IMG/VR virus record: IMGVR_UViG_3300037467_001076 | Coordinates: 1-50,485 of that record | DNA: 50,485 nt | Strand: one strand, 5' to 3' | From: a virus | Taxonomy: Duplodnaviria; Caudoviricetes | Shown here: one piece after another, positions 28,101 to 37,928 of the stretch | How the letters are laid out: every line of letters begins with the position of its first letter | Numbering within the stretch: position 1 is the first letter of the stretch | Notes under the pieces: model-generated | What the model saw: only the letters and a program-made list of their open reading frames with translations | Told to the model about the DNA's origin: nothing | The model's database searches: none | Program-made: the position numbers and the translations under genes

Positions 28101-28550
28101 TTAGCCAGTGACGTGAACGACGACGGGGAACGTGATATCGGCGCGTCGATACAACGCCGATTCCTTATCGCCGACTTCGCGTGGATCGTCGATGTGCGAG
28201 CGAATGCGTTCAACGCCGAACGCAAGCACGCGTTCGTCGGGTTGCGGATTCGCACGAATCGCCTCGATGATCGCATCAACCGCGTCCTCAAACGCCTGCT
28301 CGCCGTCACTCGTGTTCTTCTTCGTATCGACCGTGACGACGATCAGATGGACGTCATACTCGACCTTCTTGCGCCCAAGCGGTCGAGGCATCGTCACGCT
28401 CGACTCGTCCGAATCGGGAATCCGGACGAGGACGCTGATGTCGCCACCAGGCGCTTCCTTCGGCAGCGTCGTGTAGACGCGCTTCACGTCGCGAGCCGTC
28501 GATACGACGGTCTTCGTGATCGCCTTTAAATCGCTTCTACGGAATGACAT
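28101..28550 (-). CDS. Tail terminator / completion protein
   Basis: Position before the tube gene; size; D.I.EAIRAN pattern. Confidence 0.6.
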   Translation of the reverse strand: MSFRRSDLKAITKTVVSTARDVKRVYTTLPKEAPGGDISVLVRIPDSDESSVTMPRPLGRKKVEYDVHLIVVTVDTKKNTSDGEQAFEDAVDAIIEAIRANPQPDERVLAFGVERIRSHIDDPREVGDKESALYRRADITFPVVVHVTG

Positions 28551-29094
28551 TCGACACCAACTCGTCTAGAAAGTCTTGAAGCGGTTGTTCCGCAAGTTGC
28601 GGTACGCGCCTGTGAAGATCCTTGACGCCCTTCTCGCTGAAGTTCTTCGGGTATTCGGGCGACGAGTGTCCCATGCCGTGAATGCCCGCGAAGTACCATC
28701 CGATCGCGCCTGCACGCGCTGAAATCGGAAAGGCACGTAGGCCGACGTCACTCGCCTTCATCACTTGATTCGCGGAGAAGTTGCCGACGTCGATCATGTG
28801 CGCGATGTTGCGCGGCTTCGTTCCACCCTGCGACATGTTCGTTCCGACGAAGTTGAGCGTGAAGCCGTCGCTTGACTTCGTCACTTCGTAGCCGATGCCA
28901 CGCGCTGTTTCGCCCGTCGAAGGTTGCCACTTGCCGTTGCCGCGCACTTCGGGCTTGATGAACGCGACTCCCGCCTCACCGAACTCGACCGACAGGTCAG
29001 CGAGTAAATGCGGCAGAGCCGACTTGAAGCGATTGTCGAACGACGTGATCCACGCCTGCGACAGACCGTCCCATCGCACGTCGAAGTCGATCAT
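28537..29094 (-). CDS. Neck / tail completion protein (HK97 gp10-like)
   Basis: Position; TG...RGI and A....VG motifs. Confidence 0.55.
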   Translation of the reverse strand: MIDFDVRWDGLSQAWITSFDNRFKSALPHLLADLSVEFGEAGVAFIKPEVRGNGKWQPSTGETARGIGYEVTKSSDGFTLNFVGTNMSQGGTKPRNIAHMIDVGNFSANQVMKASDVGLRAFPISARAGAIGWYFAGIHGMGHSSPEYPKNFSEKGVKDLHRRVPQLAEQPLQDFLDELVSNVIP

Positions 29095-29780
29095 TAAACG
29101 ACCCTCCGAAGCGACTTCAGCAGCGACTCGGCGACCTCGACGTCGGCTTGGCGCGAAGGACCAGGAATCGACGCCTGCGTCTCGCCGTCGTACGAAATCG
29201 ACGCCGAACCACGACGCTTAATCATCGACGCGGCGTAGAAGATCACGGCTTGCTTGACGTTGGGCGGAATCGTCGCATAACCCGCCTCATACGTGAACTC
29301 GACGGTGATCGGGATGCGGCGCAGGGCGTTCATGTCGTGAGGCGATCGATAGCCGTAGTTAAAGCCGCTGTAACCGACAAGGTCGTGCAGCGGCGCGGCG
29401 AACGACACGCATCCGTCGCCCTTTATAATGAAGCGATTGGTGAGCGTTTCCACGTCTTGGTCGACGTCTAGCGTCGTCCAGTCGCTCCGAGGCGACGTGC
29501 GATACTTGACGCTCGTCACGCTGTTCAGCGGGAAGTTTCGAGGACGAATCGTAATCTCGCCGTTGCGGTCGAGGTACGCCACGACTCGCTCGGTGTGCGT
29601 TGCTGTTTCCAGCGTATCGACACCGACGTACTCGTGAGCGTTCACCCACGCTTCGGCGACGTCTAGAATCGTCTGCAAAGCGTTCTCGTCCTCGATCGGG
29701 TCGTCAGAGTCGTCAAGCGTATTCCAGTCGATGCCATGAACGGGCGAGCGCTTAAACTCGTCCAGAGTTACGTAAGCCAT
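29094..29780 (-). CDS. Head-tail adaptor protein
   Basis: MAYVTLDEFK, L...P...VTSVKY, Y.AGY..IP..VKQAV, LL...RR. Confidence 0.75.
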   Translation of the reverse strand: MAYVTLDEFKRSPVHGIDWNTLDDSDDPIEDENALQTILDVAEAWVNAHEYVGVDTLETATHTERVVAYLDRNGEITIRPRNFPLNSVTSVKYRTSPRSDWTTLDVDQDVETLTNRFIIKGDGCVSFAAPLHDLVGYSGFNYGYRSPHDMNALRRIPITVEFTYEAGYATIPPNVKQAVIFYAASMIKRRGSASISYDGETQASIPGPSRQADVEVAESLLKSLRRVV

Positions 29781-30250
29781 CGCTCACCGCCCTTTCGATA
29801 GCGAGCAATCGTGTTCTTCGATTCGTCAGATAGCGCGTCAAAGCCGCTCCACTCGCCCATCTCGCCACGGTCGATCAGAGACGCGATTTCGTCTATGACG
29901 CTACGTGCGTCGTCGGGCATCTCGTCGAAGCCGGCGCGATAGGCGATGTGGGCAACGTTGTAGGGAACGCCGTAAAGCGAGGAGGGGAGGAGGAACACGT
30001 CACCCCTCGCCTCAACGTGAGAGAGCGGAATGTCGATCCAGTCGGTTTCGCCGAGAACGTCGCTGAACGGATGGTCCTTTACCTTCGCCTTCACGCCCTC
30101 GATCGCAACGACGGGAGCGTGCGTGAGCCGTCCAGTGGACGATCGTACAGGCGTCGTCTCCTCAAAGACCTGGGCGGCAAGGCGTCGGCCAATCGCACGC
30201 TCGAACAACGTCGTCGCGAGGATCGTGTTAGGCGAGGTGTCGTTTGGCAT
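29768..30250 (-). CDS. Second head-tail adaptor-like protein
   Basis: L.HAPV..I, YRAGF..MPDD, I.RYR. Confidence 0.6.
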   Translation of the reverse strand: MPNDTSPNTILATTLFERAIGRRLAAQVFEETTPVRSSTGRLTHAPVVAIEGVKAKVKDHPFSDVLGETDWIDIPLSHVEARGDVFLLPSSLYGVPYNVAHIAYRAGFDEMPDDARSVIDEIASLIDRGEMGEWSGFDALSDESKNTIARYRKGGERWLT

Positions 30251-30252
30251 CG

Positions 30253-30507
30253 TTAGTTGACGTATCCCTTCGCGCGAAGATCGTCGGCGAGCGCCTGTGG
30301 AACACGAGCGACGCCGTCGATGAAGGCGATGCGACGACCCGCGTAGAGCAGGTCGAAGGTAAACGTGGAACCGTCGTGGTAGGCGACTTCGACGAGAGAG
30401 TCGTCGGCGGTCGCATTAGTCGTGACAGCGTCGAGGGTCAGCGCATCGTCAGCGATCGGAGTCGCGTCAGGAGCGTCAGCCTTCGGCTGTGCGGTCTTGC
30501 GAGCCAT
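30253..30507 (-). CDS. Small head-associated protein
   Basis: SD AAAGGAG; F.DGVA.V..ALAD.L...GY. Confidence 0.6.
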   Translation of the reverse strand: MARKTAQPKADAPDATPIADDALTLDAVTTNATADDSLVEVAYHDGSTFTFDLLYAGRRIAFIDGVARVPQALADDLRAKGYVN

Positions 30508-30531
30508 GTCGTACTCCTTTCGAGTAGGGCG

Positions 30532-31176
30532 TTAGGAGGCGGATTCGGACGAAGCGAGTTGTTGTCGTTCTGCGCGACGCCTAGCGCAACGCTGCCGCTG
30601 CGACTCAGCGATCTTTGCGCGAGTTTCGTCTGACATCTTTCGGCCTTTACGCCGTTCAGACAGCAACGCACGCGTTTCCGCAGACGGACGAACTCCAAGC
30701 GAGTTCTTGTTGCCTCGCATCTTTGCTTTCGTCTCCTCGGTATGGCGCTGCCCCTTGTGGGCCTCCGACATGCGTCGCCTCGTCTCGTCCGAGAACTTTT
30801 TTCCTCGCAGATGCGTGTTGCCGCGAAGTGCTTGGCTGATCTTCGCCCGTCCCTCTTCGGTCTGCACGAAATCCCTGACGCCTTCGCCACCACTAGTCGA
30901 GTTGGTAAGCGCGTCTCCGATCAACTGCCGGTAACACGCGATGAAGTATATCTCGCGTTCAATTACCTCTTCGTAGGTTTCAACGCAGTCCAGCTCGATC
31001 ATGATTGGTTTCTGACCGTCACGGAGCATCTTTTTGATCCAGTGGTTCTTGTGCGTGTGACGAGCCAGATTGGACGGCTGAAGATGCCTTCGATATCGGC
31101 GCTCCAAATCGACTGTTTGACCGATATATCGAATGAACCCGTCAGGCTCGGCTAGACCGTAGACATAAAACGGCAA
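30532..31176 (-). CDS. Free-standing GIY-YIG homing endonuclease with NUMOD3 repeats
   Basis: YVYGL...RYIGQT, EREIYFI, LTNSTSGGEG, SDETRRRMSEAHKG repeats; SD GGGAGG + TTG31176. Confidence 0.88.
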   Translation of the reverse strand: MPFYVYGLAEPDGFIRYIGQTVDLERRYRRHLQPSNLARHTHKNHWIKKMLRDGQKPIMIELDCVETYEEVIEREIYFIACYRQLIGDALTNSTSGGEGVRDFVQTEEGRAKISQALRGNTHLRGKKFSDETRRRMSEAHKGQRHTEETKAKMRGNKNSLGVRPSAETRALLSERRKGRKMSDETRAKIAESQRQRCARRRAERQQLASSESAS

Positions 31177-31255
31177 GTAGCGCAACCTCCCGCAAACGCA
31201 CAACGCGAAGAGGAGCGCCGGTTAGACGCTCCCCACGCAATTATTTGGAAATCAA

Positions 31256-32239
31256 TTACAGGGTCGTGCGCTGGACGACGCCCTTGAGATGGGCCTTGTT
31301 GCCGAGCTTGGCGACTGGAGCGCCAAATTTCACGGCTACCACGTCGGTCTTCAGATCGGAAACCTCGCCGAGCGTGAAGACCTGGATGCCAGGCGAACCG
31401 ACCCAGTGGTATTCGAGGTAGGACTCGCTTAGGACGCAGAACGGATAAGCCGTCTCGCCAGCAGGCGCGGCAGCGGCCCACGAGGGGTTCTCCAGTAGGT
31501 CGAAGTCGGGGATGATCGGAAGAAGACCAGCGGCGGTCATGATCGCGTTGACCTTCGTGCCAGCGACGACCTCGACCTGAGCGATGGTGTTGTTCTCTGC
31601 CTTCAGCTCCTCCTCGATGATGTACTGAAGCATCGGGTGGACGTAGACAGCAGACGGACGAACGTCGACGTCAGGGTCAGCGACCATACGAGCGACTTCC
31701 TTGCGGATCTCCGGCACGACGGCGGTGCCGTTGGCGATGACCTTCGTGGCGGTCGTGATCTGCTTCGGCAGTCCGACGTACTGAAGCGTGGTGCCGTCGC
31801 CGATCTGCGAGCCGTTCACGACGTCAGTACCCTGCCAGAGCGACTTGTCGTGGGTACGAACAACGGCGTTGAGCATGTCAACGGTGTCCTTCGCCTGAAG
31901 GTTGCGGTTCATACCGATGTCAGCGACCTGCTGGTTGAACAGGCCGAACTGGACGCGACCAGTAATCGCCTTGATAAGCACGGAGCGAGGTGCGCGATTC
32001 GGAGCGGCGCCGACCGCAGGATTCAGCGCGTCACGAGTGTCGAACGCAGCAGTCGTGATGCTCGTCTGGTCGAACCACTGCGACAGAGCGCCAGTCGCCT
32101 GTACGTTCGGGATGCGACGACCGAGAATACCGGAGCGGCGAACGATGTCGTTGATGACGTCCTGGTACTGATCGATGTGGATGTAGCCCGTCCCGAACGA
32201 TGCAGCGGCTTCGAGGCTTACGAAATTAGCACGAGACAA
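31256..32239 (-). CDS. Major capsid protein
   Basis: 327 aa after the protease/scaffold gene; strongly biased codon usage; HK97-like layout. Confidence 0.8.
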   Translation of the reverse strand: MSRANFVSLEAAASFGTGYIHIDQYQDVINDIVRRSGILGRRIPNVQATGALSQWFDQTSITTAAFDTRDALNPAVGAAPNRAPRSVLIKAITGRVQFGLFNQQVADIGMNRNLQAKDTVDMLNAVVRTHDKSLWQGTDVVNGSQIGDGTTLQYVGLPKQITTATKVIANGTAVVPEIRKEVARMVADPDVDVRPSAVYVHPMLQYIIEEELKAENNTIAQVEVVAGTKVNAIMTAAGLLPIIPDFDLLENPSWAAAAPAGETAYPFCVLSESYLEYHWVGSPGIQVFTLGEVSDLKTDVVAVKFGAPVAKLGNKAHLKGVVQRTTL

Positions 32240-32271
32240 TGCGATTCCTCCATGTGTTCGTAGTTTCGGAC

Positions 32272-32303
32272 ACGAAAAAAGCGCCCTCGCGATGAGAGCG
32301 CTT
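32272..32303 (-). terminator. Terminator/attenuator hairpin between scaffold and capsid genes
   Basis: AAGCGCTCTC..GAGGGCGCTTTTTT on the minus strand. Confidence 0.55.
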
Positions 32304-32323
32304 GTTAGCGAACCTTATCGTCA

Positions 32324-33433
32324 CTACTTCGCCTTGCGCAGCCGATCCTCGGCTTCGAGAATGGCCGTCAACTTCGCAACCGGATCGAGGTCTTCGCGCT
32401 TGCCGATCTCAGCGATTGACGCCTGAAGATCGTCCTTCTCCTCGATCTTGTAGTGCGCTGAGAGCGTCATCGGGAACTCGACGGACTTGCGCTCATACTG
32501 CGCCTGAGACGCCGCCTCTGCGGTCAGCTCGTCGAGCTTCGTCTTCATCTCGTCAGCCTGTGCCTTGAGAGCATCGTACTGCTCGACGCTGACGACCGAA
32601 ACTGCCTCGCGAACCTTCGCAACAAGCGCCTCGACGTCAGTCTCGGCGGAAGCGCTTAGAGTCGCCTTGGCAGCGTTCAGTTCATTAGTAAGAGCCTCGA
32701 CCTTCTCGTTGGAAGCGGTCAGCGCCGCCTCGACCTGGGCGACCTTGTTCGTCAACTCCTCGACCTTGGTCGCGTTCTCGGCTGAAGCGCTCAGATACAT
32801 CGAGAGCGACGCATACGCGCCATTCTCGCCAAGCGCCTTCTTGATCTCGGCGAACATCGCGAGCATGTCCTCGATGTTACCGAGGTTCATGCCCATCGCC
32901 TCAAGCATCTCCTTGAGCTGTTCCTGCGTCATGTTGTCTCCTTCTGCGGCGAGTGAAGTTTTGGTGTACGCCGCCTTCTTCGCATAGAGGATCGTTGCGC
33001 CCGTCCAGATGATCGAATTCACGCGGTAAATCGACCCATCGACTTCCCCCGAAGCCTTCGCCTCGTACGAGAAACCGAGGTCGTCTTTCTCGGCTTGAAG
33101 ATCCGCGACTTCATCGGGGAAATCGGCGGCAAACAAATAACCCTCGACGTGAACCGGCACAGCGCCAGTCTCGTCGGGGTCGCCTACCCACGCCTTTTCG
33201 ATAATGCCGATCTTCTTCTTCTTGTTGTGGCCGCTCAGGTCGTCTCGAACGTTGACGCCCATGCCTTCGAGCGTGTCGAGCGCATTCACGCCGACTTCGA
33301 GCGGGATAAACACGCGTTTACCGTTCGCACCGCCGACCGGATTTTCGCTTGCAGCGTTCAGATACGTCAGCACGCCACAAAACGGGTGCTTGTTCGGATG
33401 CTGCGAATCAGCCGCTAGGAGCGTGATTTTCAT
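32324..33433 (-). CDS. Prohead protease / scaffold fusion
   Basis: N-terminal H..K.IG.I, G.L....FP, GFSYE, TGA.IL domain followed by a long coiled coil. Confidence 0.75.
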   Translation of the reverse strand: MKITLLAADSQHPNKHPFCGVLTYLNAASENPVGGANGKRVFIPLEVGVNALDTLEGMGVNVRDDLSGHNKKKKIGIIEKAWVGDPDETGAVPVHVEGYLFAADFPDEVADLQAEKDDLGFSYEAKASGEVDGSIYRVNSIIWTGATILYAKKAAYTKTSLAAEGDNMTQEQLKEMLEAMGMNLGNIEDMLAMFAEIKKALGENGAYASLSMYLSASAENATKVEELTNKVAQVEAALTASNEKVEALTNELNAAKATLSASAETDVEALVAKVREAVSVVSVEQYDALKAQADEMKTKLDELTAEAASQAQYERKSVEFPMTLSAHYKIEEKDDLQASIAEIGKREDLDPVAKLTAILEAEDRLRKAK

Positions 33434-33455
33434 CGTCTGTCATCACCTCCTTTCG

Positions 33456-34994
33456 CTAATCGTTCTCGCGCTCGTTGGCACGATTAAGCGGCTCGTCCTT
33501 CGGCGTAGGAGCGCCATAGACGCCGTTCCCGCCACGCTTCGTCGGATCGTCGGACGTGTTGTTCTCGTTCTCGCCGAACTCCTTCGCTGAACCATCGCCG
33601 CCATCGTTGGTAGGCGCAGTCTTCGCGTCGGCGAGTTCCTGCGAACGCTTCAACGCTTCTTCGAGTCCAGCGAGTCCCTTGACGCGGAACTCAGCGATCT
33701 TAAGCGCTTCACGGTACGCGGAGACGGTCATACCGCCGATATCCTCGCTGGTCTTCCAATGAAGGAGCGGTCCACGACCCATACGCGCACGCGCCTCATT
33801 CACGGTCATCGAATCCGCCTGAAGCTCGATCTGGTTGACCGTTGCAATCTGCTTCTGATCGCTGACGCTCGTCGTGAACTTGAACTTGAACTCGACGACT
33901 TCGTCCAGGTCGAACAGCGGCAGAAGATGCTTCTGTACGTACTGCTCGATCATGTTCGCGAGTGGTTCGATTGCAACGGAATCGGTCGCATCGGAGAGTG
34001 TGTCGCCCGTCGAGCGGTTAATACCGACGATCAGATTAACCTTTTGTACGTCAATTCCGAAAGCATCTGCAATTACGGCGATTAAGAATTCTTGCCACTT
34101 CAAAAATAAATTTTGATCAGTGGTCATGCCGAGTTCGAGCGTCGATGCCTTCGTGTCAGGAGCGCCCATGATCGGGAACTCGCCGCCGCCAGCGATATCC
34201 GACTTCCACCACGCGCGAATCGTGTTGATCTGCTCCTGGTCGAGTCCTTCGAGCCATAGCAACTTCTTCGGCTGCGCGTTCGACGCGGTTCGACCTGCGA
34301 ACGCCATCGCATCGAGAAGATAGCCGATTTCGGCGAACGCGACCTCGATCGGCGACAAACCGAACGGTGTCGACGTGCGCGGCACGTATCGCCACACCAT
34401 CATCTCGTCGTTTCGGAACGGAACCCATCGACGAGATTCGCTATCAGGACGCTTCAACCAGTTCCATTGCCACCATCGCGGCTTGCGACGTTCGCCCTTC
34501 CACGCGAGGTCGGTTTCGACCGATACGCCGTCAACCGGCCAGAGCGTGTAGGGACGCTCATCGTTGCCGTCGTTCTTGCGGATCTCAGCGACGCCCCAAC
34601 CAGCGACCATCATGTCGTCGACCATCTTACCGAGGAACGATTCGTTCGTGTCGTCGGGGTTCGGCGATCGCCACATGCGCTTGAATCGCTTGATCGCGTT
34701 CTTCTGGTTGCGGTTCAACTTCACGCCTTCACACGGCTCAAGTTCGTACTGAAGCGACGTGATGGAAAATCGTAGATAGTTGATTAAGCGCCTTGGAATC
34801 GGCGTCTCGCTGAACTTCTTCAACTTCGCGTGCGGGATACGTTGAGCCGGCGTACCAGACGACTCCTGAACGCCTGTAGGCGAGTATCCGACGCCAGTGA
34901 AGAACGGTAAGGCGACTGCCTTCTGAGGCGTTACCCCTCGCCAGGCATCGACAGCAGCGGCAAGGCGATAGAGGACGTTGGGCTTATCGGAAAT
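33456..34994 (-). CDS. Portal protein
   Basis: PN, L.PVDG, GLSPIEVA, IA.AFGI, MTVNEARA.MG. The ORF-track GTG35003 is part of the SD; probable start ATT34994. Confidence 0.9.
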   Translation of the reverse strand: MSDKPNVLYRLAAAVDAWRGVTPQKAVALPFFTGVGYSPTGVQESSGTPAQRIPHAKLKKFSETPIPRRLINYLRFSITSLQYELEPCEGVKLNRNQKNAIKRFKRMWRSPNPDDTNESFLGKMVDDMMVAGWGVAEIRKNDGNDERPYTLWPVDGVSVETDLAWKGERRKPRWWQWNWLKRPDSESRRWVPFRNDEMMVWRYVPRTSTPFGLSPIEVAFAEIGYLLDAMAFAGRTASNAQPKKLLWLEGLDQEQINTIRAWWKSDIAGGGEFPIMGAPDTKASTLELGMTTDQNLFLKWQEFLIAVIADAFGIDVQKVNLIVGINRSTGDTLSDATDSVAIEPLANMIEQYVQKHLLPLFDLDEVVEFKFKFTTSVSDQKQIATVNQIELQADSMTVNEARARMGRGPLLHWKTSEDIGGMTVSAYREALKIAEFRVKGLAGLEEALKRSQELADAKTAPTNDGGDGSAKEFGENENNTSDDPTKRGGNGVYGAPTPKDEPLNRANEREND

Positions 34995-35012
34995 GTCGTT
35001 CACCTCCTTCGA

Positions 35013-36674
35013 TTAAGTGCTTCCAAGCGTGCCGAGAACGACCTTACGCTGCTTCGTGAACAGCGAAACGGCCATTTCAAGCGCATCTAATAAGTCGCGC
35101 TTGGAAGATTTCGGAAAAGTTTCGAGCTGCGTCAAGAGGTCGAGTTGATGACGTGCGACACGCACGTAACCACTCGAAATCGTGGGTTCCATCGCCTTGA
35201 TCCGATCATCTTTCGGGATATTCTTCGTGTCGTACGGTCGAAGCGGAATATAGACGTGATGCTTCGCGGCTTCCTCGATGATCTTTTCTCTGTAGTAGCT
35301 TTGGAAGGCCGTATTATCCGCGCAGCCATCGACGAACTTGTATCGATTCGTCAGGTTGAATAGATACTTAACGCTCACGTCGGGATGCTCACGTACTGCT
35401 CGCGCCTCAAGCACATACATCAAACCCGTCTTCTTCGACCGCCCCAAAACGATTGTCGCCGTAAGGTCGCTTCGCTTCGTCTTCGACATCGAAGGGTCGA
35501 GTGAGAAGACGATTTCGAGTTCCTTCGGATCGATGTCTTCGGGACTATAGAACGTCCACTGACGGAAGAGACGTGTCGAAGCGTCGGCACAAATGTTCAT
35601 AAATTCGGAAAGAAAGCTAGACCGTCTAGTCGCCCAGATCGTCATGAGCGCCTTCAAGCCCATGCGTTCCGGCCAGAGAACGACCGCTCCTTCGTGAAGC
35701 GCGTCCTTGTTCGCCTCATAGAACTCTTCGGCCTTGCGACCTGCGATGCGAGCCGCTTCTATCGGTGTGTCGCCTTCAACGCGATCGTTGAGGATGCGTG
35801 CGTACTCTTCCCAAAGATCCAGGCGATTCGGGTATTCGACGATCGCGCTGTAAACACGTACGTCCCAATCGGGCATCTCCGTCAGAACCGAATAAAAAAG
35901 ACTGTTCTGCGAAAGAACAGTACCTACGTAAATTATGCGCGTTCTGGCAGGAGTTCCCAGTTGCTGAACCGTTTTATTGAACCATTCCTTGAGGAACGCC
36001 ACGCGCACTTCCGATGAAACGTCAGAATCTTCTTCAAGATCATCTGCGACCACGACGGGACGATACGACAGGTAGCGCAGACCACGCAAACTCTCGCCTG
36101 CGCCCGCTGCTTGTAATCGACAGCCGTTCGCTTCGCACTCAATCGCATTCCATCGCGATTGATTTTTCATCGATCCGAAGTCGGCGATTAGCTTTTCGTT
36201 GAACTCGATCTCGTTCTTGACAATATCGAGGAAGCGACGAGCACCGTCTTGCTTGGCCGAGATGATGACGAAGTATCGCTCGCCGATGTCCTCCGCGTAG
36301 CAGACGCACCAGAGTATAAAGATGTTGTTCGCCAGGGTCGTCTTGCTATGGCTTCGAGGAGCGGCGATCGCGAGTTTCTTCGTCGTCGGCGCGAGCATCA
36401 TACTGCGAAGATCCGTCGCAATCTCGTAGTGGAACGGCGGCGACGGCGTTGACGGATGCATGAGTCCCGTTTCGCTCATGCAGTACGTCTTGGCGAATTC
36501 CATGATGTCTTGGAACCCCGTCTCAATTCGCTTCCACTTCGCCAGCTCTCGCAGATATTCCGCGTACTTCTTCGCTTCCTCGCCTTTCAACTCGCCGGCT
36601 CTACGTTTCGTCGCATACAACTCGGTCAGTCTCGTCAGTTGCTCGATCTTAGCGAGCCGTTCCGCCTGCTTCAA
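35013..36674 (-). CDS. terL: Terminase large subunit
   Basis: APRSHSKTT, RGLR, VVADDLE, VGT, LDPS...SD.TA, FP....D.LDALEMA. Confidence 0.93.
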   Translation of the reverse strand: MKQAERLAKIEQLTRLTELYATKRRAGELKGEEAKKYAEYLRELAKWKRIETGFQDIMEFAKTYCMSETGLMHPSTPSPPFHYEIATDLRSMMLAPTTKKLAIAAPRSHSKTTLANNIFILWCVCYAEDIGERYFVIISAKQDGARRFLDIVKNEIEFNEKLIADFGSMKNQSRWNAIECEANGCRLQAAGAGESLRGLRYLSYRPVVVADDLEEDSDVSSEVRVAFLKEWFNKTVQQLGTPARTRIIYVGTVLSQNSLFYSVLTEMPDWDVRVYSAIVEYPNRLDLWEEYARILNDRVEGDTPIEAARIAGRKAEEFYEANKDALHEGAVVLWPERMGLKALMTIWATRRSSFLSEFMNICADASTRLFRQWTFYSPEDIDPKELEIVFSLDPSMSKTKRSDLTATIVLGRSKKTGLMYVLEARAVREHPDVSVKYLFNLTNRYKFVDGCADNTAFQSYYREKIIEEAAKHHVYIPLRPYDTKNIPKDDRIKAMEPTISSGYVRVARHQLDLLTQLETFPKSSKRDLLDALEMAVSLFTKQRKVVLGTLGST

Positions 36675-37165
36675 TTGACAACGTCACCGCCAAGCTCACG
36701 CTCCAGGCGTTCAATCTCGCTCTCGACGTCGTCCTGACGCTTGTCCTCGACCGAAACGTTAGCCTCGACGGTGCGTACTTCCTTGAGCATCCCGCGACTC
36801 TTCATAAAAAGTTCGACGAACTTCGAATTCCCCGCCTCAAGCCCCTTCTTCATCGCTGCGACGAAGATCGGGTATAGTTCGCCATAGACGCTCTCGGCGA
36901 CTTCCTGCGCGTATTTCTTGAACGCAGGCTTCTCGTTCATATACCGCTGGACGCTTCGAAGCGAGAACCCGCTCTTCTCCGCGAGCTGTTCCTGCGTGGC
37001 GCCAAGCATCGACGGATCGCATAGGAGATAAGCGAGCTTGACCGCAGAGGACGACCACGCGCCTGCCTCGCCGTCCTTCTCGTCAGGGTCGACGCCCTTC
37101 GCCTTTGCGTCAATCCTCGCCTGGACCTTCTTGTCAACGAAGATCTCACGCTTTTGCTTCGCCAT
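36671..37165 (-). CDS. terS: Terminase small subunit (HTH)
   Basis: TQEQLAEKSG.S.RSV.RY HTH directly upstream of terL. Confidence 0.75.
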   Translation of the reverse strand: MAKQKREIFVDKKVQARIDAKAKGVDPDEKDGEAGAWSSSAVKLAYLLCDPSMLGATQEQLAEKSGFSLRSVQRYMNEKPAFKKYAQEVAESVYGELYPIFVAAMKKGLEAGNSKFVELFMKSRGMLKEVRTVEANVSVEDKRQDDVESEIERLERELGGDVVN

Positions 37166-37203
37166 TTCGTAATCACCTTCTCTTGCGTCGATTTGTCGAA
37201 AAT

Positions 37204-37247
37204 AGTACGTACGTTCGCTTGTCAGCGTCGTCGTAAGCGACTATAAT
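37204..37247 (+). promoter_or_regulatory. LexA (Cheo/SOS)-box-like site abutting a sigmaA promoter
   Basis: AGTACGTACGTTCG (37204-37217; one mismatch to GAAC-N4-GTTC), then TTGTCA-N17-TATAAT. Confidence 0.65.
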
Positions 37248-37301
37248 TGGAAACAGTTGGAAGACCCCGCACGACGGCGACGACAACGAGGAGGAATCGA
37301 C

Positions 37302-37610
37302 GTGAGCGATCTTCTTGACCAGACGATGGAAGCGCTCAAGGCGACGACCGAACGACCCTTCGACCCCGCCGCCCAAGAACGTCACGCCACGCTTCTCGCC
37401 GCTTCAAACTCGCATTACAACGCTGCCAGCGCTTTCGCAACCGCAGCGTGGCTCTATCGTCGTAACCACGACTACAGCGCCGCCGTACGCATGACGCTCC
37501 ATGCATCGACGCTTTATCGCAAGGCGTTCTGCGAAAATCTCGCAGATGCGATGCTGAATGACGCATCTCGCATGGCGCAGAAATACGGCGTGACGTCTCA
37601 TGCGCGATAA
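37302..37610 (+). CDS. Small all-alpha TPR/SNAP-like protein (102 aa)
   Basis: SD GAGGAGG + GTG; AA..F..AA.LY / AA....HA..LY helical repeats; has its own promoter. Confidence 0.65.
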   Translation: MSDLLDQTMEALKATTERPFDPAAQERHATLLAASNSHYNAASAFATAAWLYRRNHDYSAAVRMTLHASTLYRKAFCENLADAMLNDASRMAQKYGVTSHAR

Positions 37611-37742
37611 GCAACGCATCGACGACGTGAACGATTCGCCCATAAACAAGCGAGGCGGTTCGCCCAAATCGACTCCACGAAGGGTCTGACGCTCACGCGT
37701 CTTGCCCTTGTTCAAACTCGGTTCTCACAAGGAGGTGTCGCC

Positions 37743-37892
37743 ATGCGTCGTTTCGTATCGCTTCTAGTCGCCATGATCGCCCTGGTCGCTTTTGCATCGT
37801 TCGCCAGCGCCGAAGGTCGTCCGATCGTTCCGCAAGGACGTGACCTTGTCGTTCCCCAAGAGGGCCGTCCCATCGTTCCTTCGGCGATGTAG
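37743..37892 (+). CDS. Secreted propeptide with three 8-aa repeats (putative signalling peptide precursor)
   Basis: SD AAGGAGGTG; MRRFVSLLVAMIALVAFASFASA | EGRPIVPQ GRDLVVPQ EGRPIVPS AM*. Absent from the ORF track. Confidence 0.75.
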   Translation: MRRFVSLLVAMIALVAFASFASAEGRPIVPQGRDLVVPQEGRPIVPSAM

Positions 37893-37928
37893 ACGACCCG
37901 TTCCGTCTCTCAATCACTCACAAGCTCC

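Noticed and set aside
15400-36737. Many + strand ORFs opposite the structural genes, and - strand ORFs opposite the replication genes
   Set aside because: They are shadow ORFs of GC-rich coding sequence that fully overlap well-supported genes.
37600-37689. 29-aa ORF between the mini-TPR and propeptide genes
   Set aside because: No SD and no distinguishing features; it cannot be supported.
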